DNA of 64,000 nt from a bacterium. GTDB taxonomy: Bacteria; Cyanobacteriota; Vampirovibrionia; Gastranaerophilales; UBA9971. Position numbers and translations under genes: made by a program. Of the stretch, positions 55,113 through 64,000 are shown piece by piece (the stretch's first letter is position 1; the number at the start of each line of letters is the position of its first letter). Below the pieces are notes generated by a model that saw only the letters and a program-made list of their open reading frames with translations, was not told the origin of the DNA and made no database searches. Location: assembly GCA_037147175.1 (NCBI GenBank), contig JBAWVS010000001.1, positions 43,680 to 107,679 of the forward strand. The letters are read 5' to 3'.

Positions 55113-56468
55113 ATGAGCAAAATGTCAGGCGTTATTATAGAAAATTTAACCACTAAAAAAGTGTTGTTTAATAATGCTTTAATAAGCTTATTTGTTCAGG
55201 CAGGACCTGCACTTATAGCATTTTTTACTATTCCTGCAATGATAAAAGGGCTCGGTACTGAAAAATTCGGGATTTTAACTATTATCTGGTCTATAATAGG
55301 CGCTTCCAGTATTCTTGATTTTGGGTTAGGTCACGCATTAACCCAATTTGTTTCCAGAAAAATTGGCTTAAAAGAAACAGACGAGCTTCCAAACTATATA
55401 ATTACAGCTATTATCTTTATTTTTATGTTGGGAATTATTGCGACAATTCTTGTATATTTATTAGCGCCGTTAATAGCCGGAAAGTTTATGCATACATCGG
55501 CGGCTTATATTAATGATGTTATCAGTTCATTCAGGCTGCTTGCAATAACCATACCGTTTTTAATGATTAATATATGTCTGGTGGGCTTTCTTGAATCCTG
55601 TCAAAAATTTGGAATAATCGGCATACTTAAAATTCCTATTCTTTTTTGCAATTATGTCGCTCCTTTATTTGTTCTTTGTTTCTTCAAAAGTTTAATTGCG
55701 GTTGTAAGTGTGCTTGTAATAGGAAGGATTATTTCATGTGCCGCATATTTTTGGTTTAGCATGAAAATAATTCGTACTTTTGCCAAAAAAATAAAAATAG
55801 ATATTAAATGCATAAAGCCTTTATTAAGTTTTGGCGGATGGATGACCTTAAGTAACATAATAGTTACGCTTGTTTCAAATATTGACCGTTTTGTTATTGC
55901 AGGATTGATTTCTGCTAAAGTGGTCGCTTATTATACAACACCTCTTGATACTTTAGTAAAAATATGGACAATACCCTTTGCGATTATGAGTGTAATGTTT
56001 CCTGCGTTCAGTTCCGAGTTTTTTGCGAACAGGGAAAGAGCCAAAAGGCTTTATTATAAATGTCTTCAAACAATATTTATTATAATTTTCCCGATATGCC
56101 TTATTCTTTTTATATATGCAAAACCAGGGCTTACTCTCTGGATAGGGAGCGAATTTGGTGAAAGAAGCTGTCTTCTGTCAAAAATAATAATAGTAGGGGT
56201 GTTTTTACACAGTTTAAATATAATTAATTATACTTTTATACAGTCAACAGGAAAATCCGAGATACAGGCAAAAATACATCTTGCTGAGCTTCCGGCTTAT
56301 TTGGCTATTTTGTGGTTTTTTGTAAAACATTTTGGACTGATAGGAGCTGCTTTTGCATGGTTGGTTAGAATTATTATAGATTTTGCATTGTTTAATTTTT
56401 TCTCATTATATCTTATGAAATCAAAGATCCCCTCTGAAGTTGAAGAACCTGATTTGAATTTAGTTTAA
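55113..56468 (+). CDS. Wzx-type polysaccharide flippase (MOP superfamily)
   Basis: 451 aa, about 12-14 TM; position within a glycan locus. Confidence 0.75.
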   Translation: MSKMSGVIIENLTTKKVLFNNALISLFVQAGPALIAFFTIPAMIKGLGTEKFGILTIIWSIIGASSILDFGLGHALTQFVSRKIGLKETDELPNYIITAIIFIFMLGIIATILVYLLAPLIAGKFMHTSAAYINDVISSFRLLAITIPFLMINICLVGFLESCQKFGIIGILKIPILFCNYVAPLFVLCFFKSLIAVVSVLVIGRIISCAAYFWFSMKIIRTFAKKIKIDIKCIKPLLSFGGWMTLSNIIVTLVSNIDRFVIAGLISAKVVAYYTTPLDTLVKIWTIPFAIMSVMFPAFSSEFFANRERAKRLYYKCLQTIFIIIFPICLILFIYAKPGLTLWIGSEFGERSCLLSKIIIVGVFLHSLNIINYTFIQSTGKSEIQAKIHLAELPAYLAILWFFVKHFGLIGAAFAWLVRIIIDFALFNFFSLYLMKSKIPSEVEEPDLNLV

Positions 56469-56495
56469 ACAAACAATCTTATAAGAAGGAAATTT

Positions 56496-58379
56496 GTGAT
56501 GGAGAAGAAAGACTCTGTATTTTTAACAAAAAATATAAAATTAGTTATTTGGGATTTAGATGAAACCTTCTGGAAAGGGACATTGTCAGAAGAAGGTATT
56601 CATATAATAGAGAAAAATCCGAATATCGTAAAACATCTTGTTGATAGAGGCATAATGAATTCCATAGCCTCAAAAAATAATTATAATGATGTAAAAGATA
56701 TCTTGATTAATTTAAATGTCTGGGATTATTTTATTTTTCCCTGTATAGATTGGGTTGGCAAAGGTGAAATGATAAAATGGATACTGGAAAAAGCTCAATT
56801 AAGAGATGAAAATACTCTGTTTATTGATGATAATCATCTGAATTTATCTGAAGCAAAGTTTTATAATCCTGAACTTAATATCGCGAGTCCTGAATTTATC
56901 GATGAAATATTATCACATGAATCTTTTTTAGGAAAAGACGATAGGAATCATTCAAGGCTAAAACAATATAAAATCCTTGAGAACAAAGAAGAAAGCAAAA
57001 AGTTTTTTTCAAATGATACAGAGTTTCTCGTTAGTTCAATGATTAAAGTTGAAATAATTAAAGATACAAAAAAGCATTTTGACAGGATATTTGAACTAAT
57101 AGAGCGAACAAACCAGCTGAATTTTACAAAAAAAAGAAGGTCAGAAGATGAAATAAGAACACTTCTTAGCAATCTCGATTTTGAGAATGCCTGTATACAA
57201 GTAAAAGATAAGTATGGAGATTATGGTATTGCGGGATTTTATTCTTTAAATAAGCAAAATAATGAACTGGAACATTTTTTGTTCTCTTGTAGAGTATTAA
57301 ATTTGGGTATTGAACAATATATTTATGCTTTGCTCGGCCTCCCTGAAATAAAAATTGTCCCCGAAGTGGCCTCTCAACTGGATAATAAGGAAAAGCCATT
57401 CTGGATTAATTCTGATGACAAAGCAGAAAAAGTTTTTGTAAAAAAGAAAAAAAAGAAACAGTACAACTTGTTGCTCAAGGGCGGGTGTGATTTAGAACAG
57501 ATATTTCACTATTTGCAGCATGAAAATATTAATCTTAAAACAGAATTTCCCCTGACATTTAAGAGCCATCATCAATTACGAAGCGACTGCACTCTGTGCA
57601 TGAGAAATTCTGTCGAATTGAAAAGAGAAATTCAGGATAAATTAATAAACGAAGTTCCTTTTTTGGGCAGGCATTTATTTGAAACAGAAGTTTTTAATAA
57701 TGATTATGATGTCCTAATACTTAGCCTTGTAAATAATTATTGGACAGCGGTTTATAAAGAAAAAACTTCCGGAATAAAAATTCCGTCTGTTCACAGGATA
57801 TTTGATGAAGCCACAGGCGAATTAGATGAATATTTTATAATAAGAGGTATTCAATATGATAATGAGCTGCTAAAAGTGTTTAAGGAACGCTATGACTATG
57901 AGGGAAAGTTATCACCCGATGAATTTAAAGCTAACCTGAAATTTTTACTCCAAAAAATAACAAAGCCTGTAATATTTATTAATGCAACTGAAATTCCTTT
58001 TGTGGATCGAGGATTTACATCTGAAGCGGCGAGAATAGATATTTCAACAGATAGAATTATTGAAATGAATCGGGTGTTGGATGATATTATTGCCGGAAAT
58101 AAAAATTGTTATCTTTTAGATATGAGAAAAATAGCTCTTAAAAATACTGATATGAAGATTTCACCTTTTCATTACAGAAGAGAAATTTATATAAAGATGT
58201 CTGAAAATCTTTTTAGAATGATTGAAAATTTTGATAATTCCGGATTTAAATTAAACAGGGTAAATTTTGTCGGAGCTGTTATTTTAAAGTTTTTTACAGA
58301 TGGCAAAGATAAAATAAAATATTCGATAATTGATTTATATAGAGCTGCTAAGTCCAAACTAAGCAAATTTAGACTTTAA
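56496..58379 (+). CDS. HAD-IIIC / FkbH-like domain protein
   Basis: LVIWDLDETFWKGTL (DxDxT HAD motif I) and TLFIDDN (motif IV). 627 aa. GTG start; ATG at 56499 is an alternative. Confidence 0.7.
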   Translation: MMEKKDSVFLTKNIKLVIWDLDETFWKGTLSEEGIHIIEKNPNIVKHLVDRGIMNSIASKNNYNDVKDILINLNVWDYFIFPCIDWVGKGEMIKWILEKAQLRDENTLFIDDNHLNLSEAKFYNPELNIASPEFIDEILSHESFLGKDDRNHSRLKQYKILENKEESKKFFSNDTEFLVSSMIKVEIIKDTKKHFDRIFELIERTNQLNFTKKRRSEDEIRTLLSNLDFENACIQVKDKYGDYGIAGFYSLNKQNNELEHFLFSCRVLNLGIEQYIYALLGLPEIKIVPEVASQLDNKEKPFWINSDDKAEKVFVKKKKKKQYNLLLKGGCDLEQIFHYLQHENINLKTEFPLTFKSHHQLRSDCTLCMRNSVELKREIQDKLINEVPFLGRHLFETEVFNNDYDVLILSLVNNYWTAVYKEKTSGIKIPSVHRIFDEATGELDEYFIIRGIQYDNELLKVFKERYDYEGKLSPDEFKANLKFLLQKITKPVIFINATEIPFVDRGFTSEAARIDISTDRIIEMNRVLDDIIAGNKNCYLLDMRKIALKNTDMKISPFHYRREIYIKMSENLFRMIENFDNSGFKLNRVNFVGAVILKFFTDGKDKIKYSIIDLYRAAKSKLSKFRL

Positions 58380-59372
58380 TTCTTTTAGTGAGTGATATAT
58401 AAAATCATATTTTTTCAAAAGAGGTGTATTGGTTTTTATACATAAAACAATAGATTCGGAATTTATAAAATTATATTTATAAGAGTAGGCTCCCACCCCA
58501 AAATCAATAAGAGAACAATTTTTCTCAAAAGCTTTATTGAAAAAATGATAATGAATTAATAAACTTGGCGAAATAATTTCAAAACTCGGATCAAAAGCAG
58601 AAGCCATTATTGAAATTTTATCAAAATATTTGTAGGATAGCTGAAAAGAAATTGAATTTTGTGTATTTTCATGTGAAAGCCTTGATAACAAAAGTAAGTC
58701 AGTATTATAATAAAGATCTTTTATAAAAAGTTCTTTTTCTTTTGATCTAAATAGAGACCATCTTTTTTTGTGGAAGGAAAGCATTTTTTCAAAAAAACCG
58801 GAATCTTTCGAGGTTTCATATTCAAAGTTTAATTTTTGATTATATTTATTGTTTGAACTCGTTATTTTTCTTTTTATTCTAGAAGAAAAAGATTTTTCAA
58901 ATTTAAAATCAGAGTCGGCTTTAGGTTTTAAAGTACTGGAATATATTTTTTTTGAAAAATTTTTATTGTTTTCAATTTCTCTTAAGAAGACTTTTATAAA
59001 ATCACTTTCAGGATTAACAAACCTGAAGTCAACTTTCAGCTCTTTATTCAGGATATCTTCAACAAGATTATTTATATAATTAATTGAAGTTGATAAAATA
59101 TTGAATTCATCATAAAAATCAGGCTTTGAACCTATTAAACAAAGAACTTTGCCGCTTAGATAAAACGGAGCAACCAATTTTAGATTGTCATCTTCCCATG
59201 CGGTATAAATAAAAAGTTTTTTATTTTTGTCTCCAAAATATTTAAACCATATTGAACACCATTCAGGACTAAGATTGTAAGCTCCTTTTAAAAGTTCAAA
59301 AAGTTTTTGCCATTCTGTTAAAAGATTTTCATCAAACTCATTATATATTTTAAGAATAGTTGTATCTTTCAT
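58359..59372 (-). CDS. Putative GNAT/FemAB-like (CelD/BcsL-type) acyltransferase
   Basis: 337 aa. Overall layout (N-terminal ..W..LF......SPEW, C-terminal IDFGVG..YKY) recalls the CelD/BcsL family. Weak call. Confidence 0.4.
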   Translation of the reverse strand: MKDTTILKIYNEFDENLLTEWQKLFELLKGAYNLSPEWCSIWFKYFGDKNKKLFIYTAWEDDNLKLVAPFYLSGKVLCLIGSKPDFYDEFNILSTSINYINNLVEDILNKELKVDFRFVNPESDFIKVFLREIENNKNFSKKIYSSTLKPKADSDFKFEKSFSSRIKRKITSSNNKYNQKLNFEYETSKDSGFFEKMLSFHKKRWSLFRSKEKELFIKDLYYNTDLLLLSRLSHENTQNSISFQLSYKYFDKISIMASAFDPSFEIISPSLLIHYHFFNKAFEKNCSLIDFGVGAYSYKYNFINSESIVLCIKTNTPLLKKYDFIYHSLKELKSKFA

Positions 59373-59429
59373 TTTTTACTCCAAATAAATTAGTTGCCGG
59401 AAAAACACAAGCTTTAGCAAGAGATATTC

Positions 59430-60407
59430 TTAATAATTTTTAAATTTTTCCCAACTGTAAGCTGTTTTGCAAATAAGCTCTATATCGTTATATTTTGGAA
59501 ACCACCCCATCTCAGTTTTGATTTTAGAGTTATCTGCAATTACAATTTCAGGATCGCCTAATCTTCTTAAAGTGGTTTCTGTTTTGAAATTAATTCCGCT
59601 GACTTTTCTCATAGTGTTGACAACCTCTTTAACGCTGTAACCTGTTCCGTATCCGCAATTAAAGATATTACTCCTGTTTGTCTTCAAATAATCAAGAGCT
59701 TTAATATGCGCATTCGCAAGATCTTCAACGTGTATGTAATCTCGTATTGCCGTACCGTCATTAGTGGAATAATCTTCTCCGAAGATATATATTTTCCCCC
59801 TTTTACCTGCAGCTGTTTCGGCTGCAACTTTAATAAGATTTGTAGCATTTGGAAAAGATTGACCGATTTTGTTGTTAATATCTGCACCGGAAACATTAAA
59901 ATATCTTAGAATCACGTATTTGAAATCAGGATGAGATTTTCCTGCGTCTATAATAACTTTTTCGCTCATTAATTTACTCATTCCGTACGGATTTATCGGA
60001 TTTAGAGGAACACTTTCTTTTACGGGAGTATTATCGGTTTCTCCGTATACGGCAGCTGTTGATGAAAATATAAAGTTTTTAATTTTGTGTTTAATACAAA
60101 GGTTCACAAGATTTATAGTGTTAGCCGTATTATTTAAATAATATTTCATAGGATTTTCAATAGATTCAGGGACGGTTATCGATGCCGAAAAATGTATTAC
60201 AGCGTCAAAATTGCCTTTTTCTATTATTTCTTCAACCTTTTTTGTATTTGATAAATCTTCACGAATTAAGTTTCCGTACAATACAGCCTCTGCTTTTCCT
60301 GTAGACAAATTGTCCAAAATTTTAAGCGAATGCAAAGTGTTTTCTCCAAGCTGTTTAACAACATGGCTGCCTATATATCCTGCTCCGCCGGTAATTAAAA
60401 TATTCAT
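59430..60407 (-). CDS. galE: UDP-glucose 4-epimerase
   Basis: GGAGYIGSH Rossmann motif, catalytic YGMSK, 325 aa. Confidence 0.9.
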   Translation of the reverse strand: MNILITGGAGYIGSHVVKQLGENTLHSLKILDNLSTGKAEAVLYGNLIREDLSNTKKVEEIIEKGNFDAVIHFSASITVPESIENPMKYYLNNTANTINLVNLCIKHKIKNFIFSSTAAVYGETDNTPVKESVPLNPINPYGMSKLMSEKVIIDAGKSHPDFKYVILRYFNVSGADINNKIGQSFPNATNLIKVAAETAAGKRGKIYIFGEDYSTNDGTAIRDYIHVEDLANAHIKALDYLKTNRSNIFNCGYGTGYSVKEVVNTMRKVSGINFKTETTLRRLGDPEIVIADNSKIKTEMGWFPKYNDIELICKTAYSWEKFKNY

Positions 60408-60413
60408 TTTCAG

Positions 60414-61412
60414 CTACAGCTTCAGCGAATTACTTGATAACGATTTTAAGCGTTCTTCCCGGTTGATTTTTGAACCATATAAAGATAACTCCGGTTTTTT
60501 CTTTGCATAATCGCTGTAAGCTTTTTGCCATGAAGGTGAAACTGCTTTAAGTTCGGACTCATCCATTATTTTTGACTCAAAAAAACCGCAGTATCCGCAT
60601 AATAAGCCCAATTGTGTTCTGAATTTTTCTTCTGTTATTTCATTAAAATTCTTTATGCCGATGTCTAATCCTAAAACCCTGTCAACGCTTGCAGCAGCGC
60701 CGCATGAGTAATAGCCGTACCTCGTTAGCGCAGAACCTGCTGTTGATACTGTTTTACATCCTTTTGAAAAATCTGTTTCAGTATTACTGTATTTTTCCAT
60801 GTCAATAGGTGCAATATTAAAGGTATAAAATAAAGTGTTTTTTATTGAAGTTTTACTGCTGTTTTCATGATGGATAATATCGGGTAAATTTGCTAAAACT
60901 TTTTTTGTTTCATCGGTTAAGCCATTTGTGGATATAGTTATTTTGGTATTAGGGGAATGTTTTAACTTATAGTCAACAAAAAGATCGCATATTTCATAGA
61001 TATTAGGGTGCAAAGTTGGCTCGCCCCCTATTAGTACTATAAAAAGCCATTTATTATTTGTTTTTATACTTTCATCAATAAAATATTTTATTTGATCAAG
61101 AGTCATATACTCATCGCTCGGAGCCTGCCTGCATGACCTGTCGCAGTGATAACATTTCATGCTGCACTTTGTGGTAATTTCGAGTTCGATTTTGTTTTTA
61201 TGAATAAAAAATGGCAGGTTTCTGTTTTTTTTATACTTTATATTTAAGCTTCTATAAAGTTTAAATATACCTTGCCAGTAAGCAATATAATTTAAAAAAG
61301 ATAATTTTCGCAAAATTGATTTTGGGAAACTATAATTTTTGTCGATAAAACGAAATTCTTTTTCCAGAAAGTTTAAGCATTTTGCAACCGTTAATTTGTA
61401 AGAATAAGACAT
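60414..61412 (-). CDS. Radical SAM protein
   Basis: CSMKCYHC (CX3CX2C) near residue 83, GGEPTL motif, C-terminal Cys pairs (CGYCGFF). Confidence 0.8.
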   Translation of the reverse strand: MSYSYKLTVAKCLNFLEKEFRFIDKNYSFPKSILRKLSFLNYIAYWQGIFKLYRSLNIKYKKNRNLPFFIHKNKIELEITTKCSMKCYHCDRSCRQAPSDEYMTLDQIKYFIDESIKTNNKWLFIVLIGGEPTLHPNIYEICDLFVDYKLKHSPNTKITISTNGLTDETKKVLANLPDIIHHENSSKTSIKNTLFYTFNIAPIDMEKYSNTETDFSKGCKTVSTAGSALTRYGYYSCGAAASVDRVLGLDIGIKNFNEITEEKFRTQLGLLCGYCGFFESKIMDESELKAVSPSWQKAYSDYAKKKPELSLYGSKINREERLKSLSSNSLKL

Positions 61413-61620
61413 AATAAATACCTTTAGCTGTTAATTCAGTAAGACTTAAATTTTATTTTTAAATTTAATTATTTTTAATTACCCTGTTTTATATTTTTTT
61501 GTGTAGTTGCTTTTATAAAAAATAATTAACCTTATTGTGCAATTCCTTTAACTCCTGAATTGATTGAAAATTTTTTCAATGTACTTATTGATAAAATTTG
61601 AGGAAATAATATATCAAAAA

Positions 61621-62916
61621 ATGAAAGTGATGCTTATAAACAATACATTTGGAGATTTTGGCGGGGGCGACGGAAAAATAACTTATGACACAGGAAAGCT
61701 TCTGCGTGAAAAAGGTTTTGAAGTTTTTTTCTTTTCAAGTACTAAAAAACCTTATTATGAAGAAAATTATGAATATAGCCCTTTTTTCCCTAAAGAGTTT
61801 AAGAAATTTCAAATGATTAATCCGATAAGAATATTTTATAATTTTGAAGCGGAAAAAAAATTATCAAGATTAATACAAATAATAAAACCTGATATTGTTC
61901 ATATTAATAATATTCAGTACAATTTAACGCCTTCAGTTCTTGTTTCCTGCAAAAAAAATAAAATACCTGTAGTAATGACTTTTCACGATTCTCATTGTGT
62001 TTGTCCTACGGCAACTTTAATAAAAGGAAAAAGCGGTTACTGCAAAAACAGAGAATGTAGAAGTGGAAACATTCTTTCTTGCATAATAAATAAATGTTTC
62101 AGCAGCAGTTTTTTAAAAAGTTGTATAGCAGGATTTGAATTTTTATTCAGGAAAAAAATGAATTTTTATGATATTCCCGATGCTTTTATTTGTCCGAGTA
62201 ATTATGTATATGATATTGCACTCAAATCAGGGATTAAAAAGGATAAACTGTTTGTTGTAACCAACTTTGTAAACAGTGAATATTTAGATATTCAGCCTTC
62301 ATATACCAATCAAAATTATTTTTTATATGTAGGCAGACTTGTTAAAGAAAAAGGTCTTGATTATTTATTGAAAGCCTTTAAAGACTTGCCTGAAATAAAA
62401 CTTAAAATCGTAGGAGACGGTAATTATAAAAATAATCTTGAAAAGCTTGCAAAAGATTTGAATTTATTAAATGTTGAATTTCTCGGATTTAAAAATGGAA
62501 TTGAACTTGAAAATGAATACAAAAACGCTAAAGCAATATTTTTACCCAGCATTTGCTCGGAAAACTCCCCTTTGACAATACTGGAATCATTTGCCTGGGG
62601 AAAATCGGTAATTGCAAGTGATATTGGAGGTATTCCAGAAATTGTGATTAATAATTACAATGGTTTTACAGTTCCTCCCTCAAATTCAATGGAAATAACA
62701 AAAGCTGTCAGAAAACTTCACGGCAACAAAGAACTCGCTTTGAAGTTGGGGGTCAACGCAAGAAAAACTCTTGAAAAAAAATACAATTCCGAAATTTATT
62801 TTGAAAAGTTAAAAAATATTTATTATTGTGTATTAAATAAATATTCAAATTGCGAAAATAAAACAGATTTTCCCGAAAAAACCAATGTTGAATATAAAAG
62901 TCTCATTAATAAATAA
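61621..62916 (+). CDS. Glycosyltransferase family 4 (GT-B)
   Basis: ENSPLTILESFAWGKSVIASDIGGIPEIV is the EX7E-type C-terminal motif. Start moved to MKVMLINN (61621); track start is 61564. Confidence 0.85.
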   Translation: MKVMLINNTFGDFGGGDGKITYDTGKLLREKGFEVFFFSSTKKPYYEENYEYSPFFPKEFKKFQMINPIRIFYNFEAEKKLSRLIQIIKPDIVHINNIQYNLTPSVLVSCKKNKIPVVMTFHDSHCVCPTATLIKGKSGYCKNRECRSGNILSCIINKCFSSSFLKSCIAGFEFLFRKKMNFYDIPDAFICPSNYVYDIALKSGIKKDKLFVVTNFVNSEYLDIQPSYTNQNYFLYVGRLVKEKGLDYLLKAFKDLPEIKLKIVGDGNYKNNLEKLAKDLNLLNVEFLGFKNGIELENEYKNAKAIFLPSICSENSPLTILESFAWGKSVIASDIGGIPEIVINNYNGFTVPPSNSMEITKAVRKLHGNKELALKLGVNARKTLEKKYNSEIYFEKLKNIYYCVLNKYSNCENKTDFPEKTNVEYKSLINK

Positions 62917-62926
62917 AAGACAGTGA

Positions 62927-63062
62927 AACTCGAATTGTTAAATTGCCAAAATCGTCATTGTTCGCAAAGCGAAGCAATCAATAAAAAACAAAACGGATTG
63001 CCTTGTCTAGCCTAAAGCCTCTCCTTGCAATGACGCGTAAATTAAATTAGCAATTCGAGTTA
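62927..63062. repeat. Full copy of the palindromic MITE/REP-like element
   Basis: Nested inverted repeats: ACTCGAATTG/CAATTCGAGT (10/10), CGTCATTG/CAATGACG, GCAATC/GATTGC. Lies between the convergent GT4 and gmhA genes. Confidence 0.7.
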
Positions 63063-63076
63063 CTGAATAATCAGAA

Positions 63077-63670
63077 CTAAACGTATTCTTTAGTCAAAAC
63101 TTTTTTCTCAACAGAAATATGATTATTTAGTACGGTCATTATCAGATGAGTGATCATCATGTGTAAATCTTCTGTTATTTGCATATTATTAACATTAACG
63201 TTAACGCTGTATCTGGCAATTTTCTTTAAATTGCCCCCGTCAAAACCTGTTATTCCTACGGTTAGATTGTTTTTCTGATTAGCATATTCTATTGCTTTTA
63301 AGACGTTTTTTGAATTTCCGCTTCCTGAAATACCGATGACCACGTCATCTTCTTTTAAAAAGTTTTTTAACTGTTCTACAAATAAAGAGTTATAATCAAT
63401 ATCATTTGCATAAGCCAGCATAGTAGGTATGTTGTCGGTTAAAGATAAAACTCTGAACTTTTTAAATAAATTGGAATTAATTCCTTTATTAAAATCACAG
63501 GCAAAATGCGATGCAGTAGAAGCACTTCCTCCGTTGCCAAAAATATAAATATTGCTGCCTTTTTCATAAGCGTCTATTAATATTTTGATAAAATTATTAA
63601 TTTCATTTAAATCTAACATGTCTATAGCTTGTTTTGCAGAAGCCAGATATTTGCTTATTTCATGCTGCAT
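63077..63670 (-). CDS. gmhA: SIS-domain D-sedoheptulose-7-phosphate isomerase
   Basis: GNGGSASTASHFACDF and GISGSGNSKNV motifs. 197 aa. Confidence 0.85.
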   Translation of the reverse strand: MQHEISKYLASAKQAIDMLDLNEINNFIKILIDAYEKGSNIYIFGNGGSASTASHFACDFNKGINSNLFKKFRVLSLTDNIPTMLAYANDIDYNSLFVEQLKNFLKEDDVVIGISGSGNSKNVLKAIEYANQKNNLTVGITGFDGGNLKKIARYSVNVNVNNMQITEDLHMMITHLIMTVLNNHISVEKKVLTKEYV

Positions 63671-63852
63671 TTTTTAATCCTTCCTTAAGTCGTAATAAAA
63701 ATAATTTTGAAAAATATATAGTACGGAAGATATACTATACTTCATTGAAAATAATTAAACCCTCCTTGTGTATATAACTTTCTGTTCAATTTTATTTTAA
63801 ATCTTAATTATCCTCTATTATTAAATATGCAAACTAATAAATATTGCTATAA

Positions 63853-63984
63853 AATTCGAATTGCTAAATCGCCAAAATCGTCATTGCGAGCATAGCGAAG
63901 CAATCTATAATAAACAAAATAGATTGCCAAATCGAGTCAAAAGCCTCTTCTCGCAATGACGCGTAAATTTAATTAATTCGAGTT
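63853..63984. repeat. Full copy of the palindromic MITE/REP-like element
   Basis: CGTCATTGCGAG/CTCGCAATGACG (12/12), GCAATCTA/TAGATTGC (8/8), outer ATTCGAATT/AATTCGAGT. Same orientation as the copy at 62927. Confidence 0.7.
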
Positions 63985-64000
63985 ATAACAGAAAAAATCT

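Noticed and set aside
1-64000. Prophage, transposon or integron structures
   Set aside because: No integrase, transposase, recombinase, capsid or terminase-like ORFs were recognised. Mobility signals are limited to the Fic/XRE pair, a tRNA fragment and the MITE-like repeats.

Overview
Visibly AT-rich, densely coded chromosomal segment of a diderm bacterium, judged from two TolC-type outer-membrane factors, two RND pumps and a MacAB-type pump. About 60 protein genes; no rRNA, intact tRNA, CRISPR array, transposase or integrase was seen. Housekeeping backbone: HK-RR pair, dapB/asd/dapA, glnA, ssb, pdp, pdxA plus a DUF1537 kinase. Accessory modules: (i) a 10-gene plus-strand thiol/redox-export cluster, 3.2-12.4 kb (Cys-rich MerR, methyltransferase, trxA, ArsR, a ferredoxin missing from the ORF track, TolC-MFP-RND, DUF2892, C_GCAxxG_C_C, YeiH), beside a decayed arsC; (ii) a Fic/XRE 'mobile mystery protein A/B' pair with three iterons at exact 33-bp spacing and a tRNA 3'-half remnant; (iii) an archaeal-style nurA-herA-mre11-rad50 operon, 27.9-34.6 kb, whose HerA has a non-canonical P-loop. 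It is preceded by two tandem ~115-nt structured repeats (sRNA-like: hairpin, C-rich anti-SD tract, terminator) and a 40-aa hydrophobic ORF with a strong RBS; (iv) a TetR-controlled type III PKS / NQO-like flavoprotein / UbiE-MenG methyltransferase / U32-like cluster, 36.1-40.4 kb, a candidate O2-independent polyketide-quinone pathway; (v) a 9-kb operon encoding MacAB-type and AcrAB-type pumps behind one TolC; (vi) a secreted GH-A hydrolase with three Fn3 repeats, then a polysaccharide locus, 52.3-63.7 kb. Copies of a palindromic MITE-like repeat (GTCATTGCGAG...CTCGCAATGAC) bound that locus, and two of its genes carry a duplicated ~100-nt leader. A further ~55-nt intergenic motif with tandem TTTACAAA repeats occurs three times. 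All functions come from motif reading by eye; no database search was possible.
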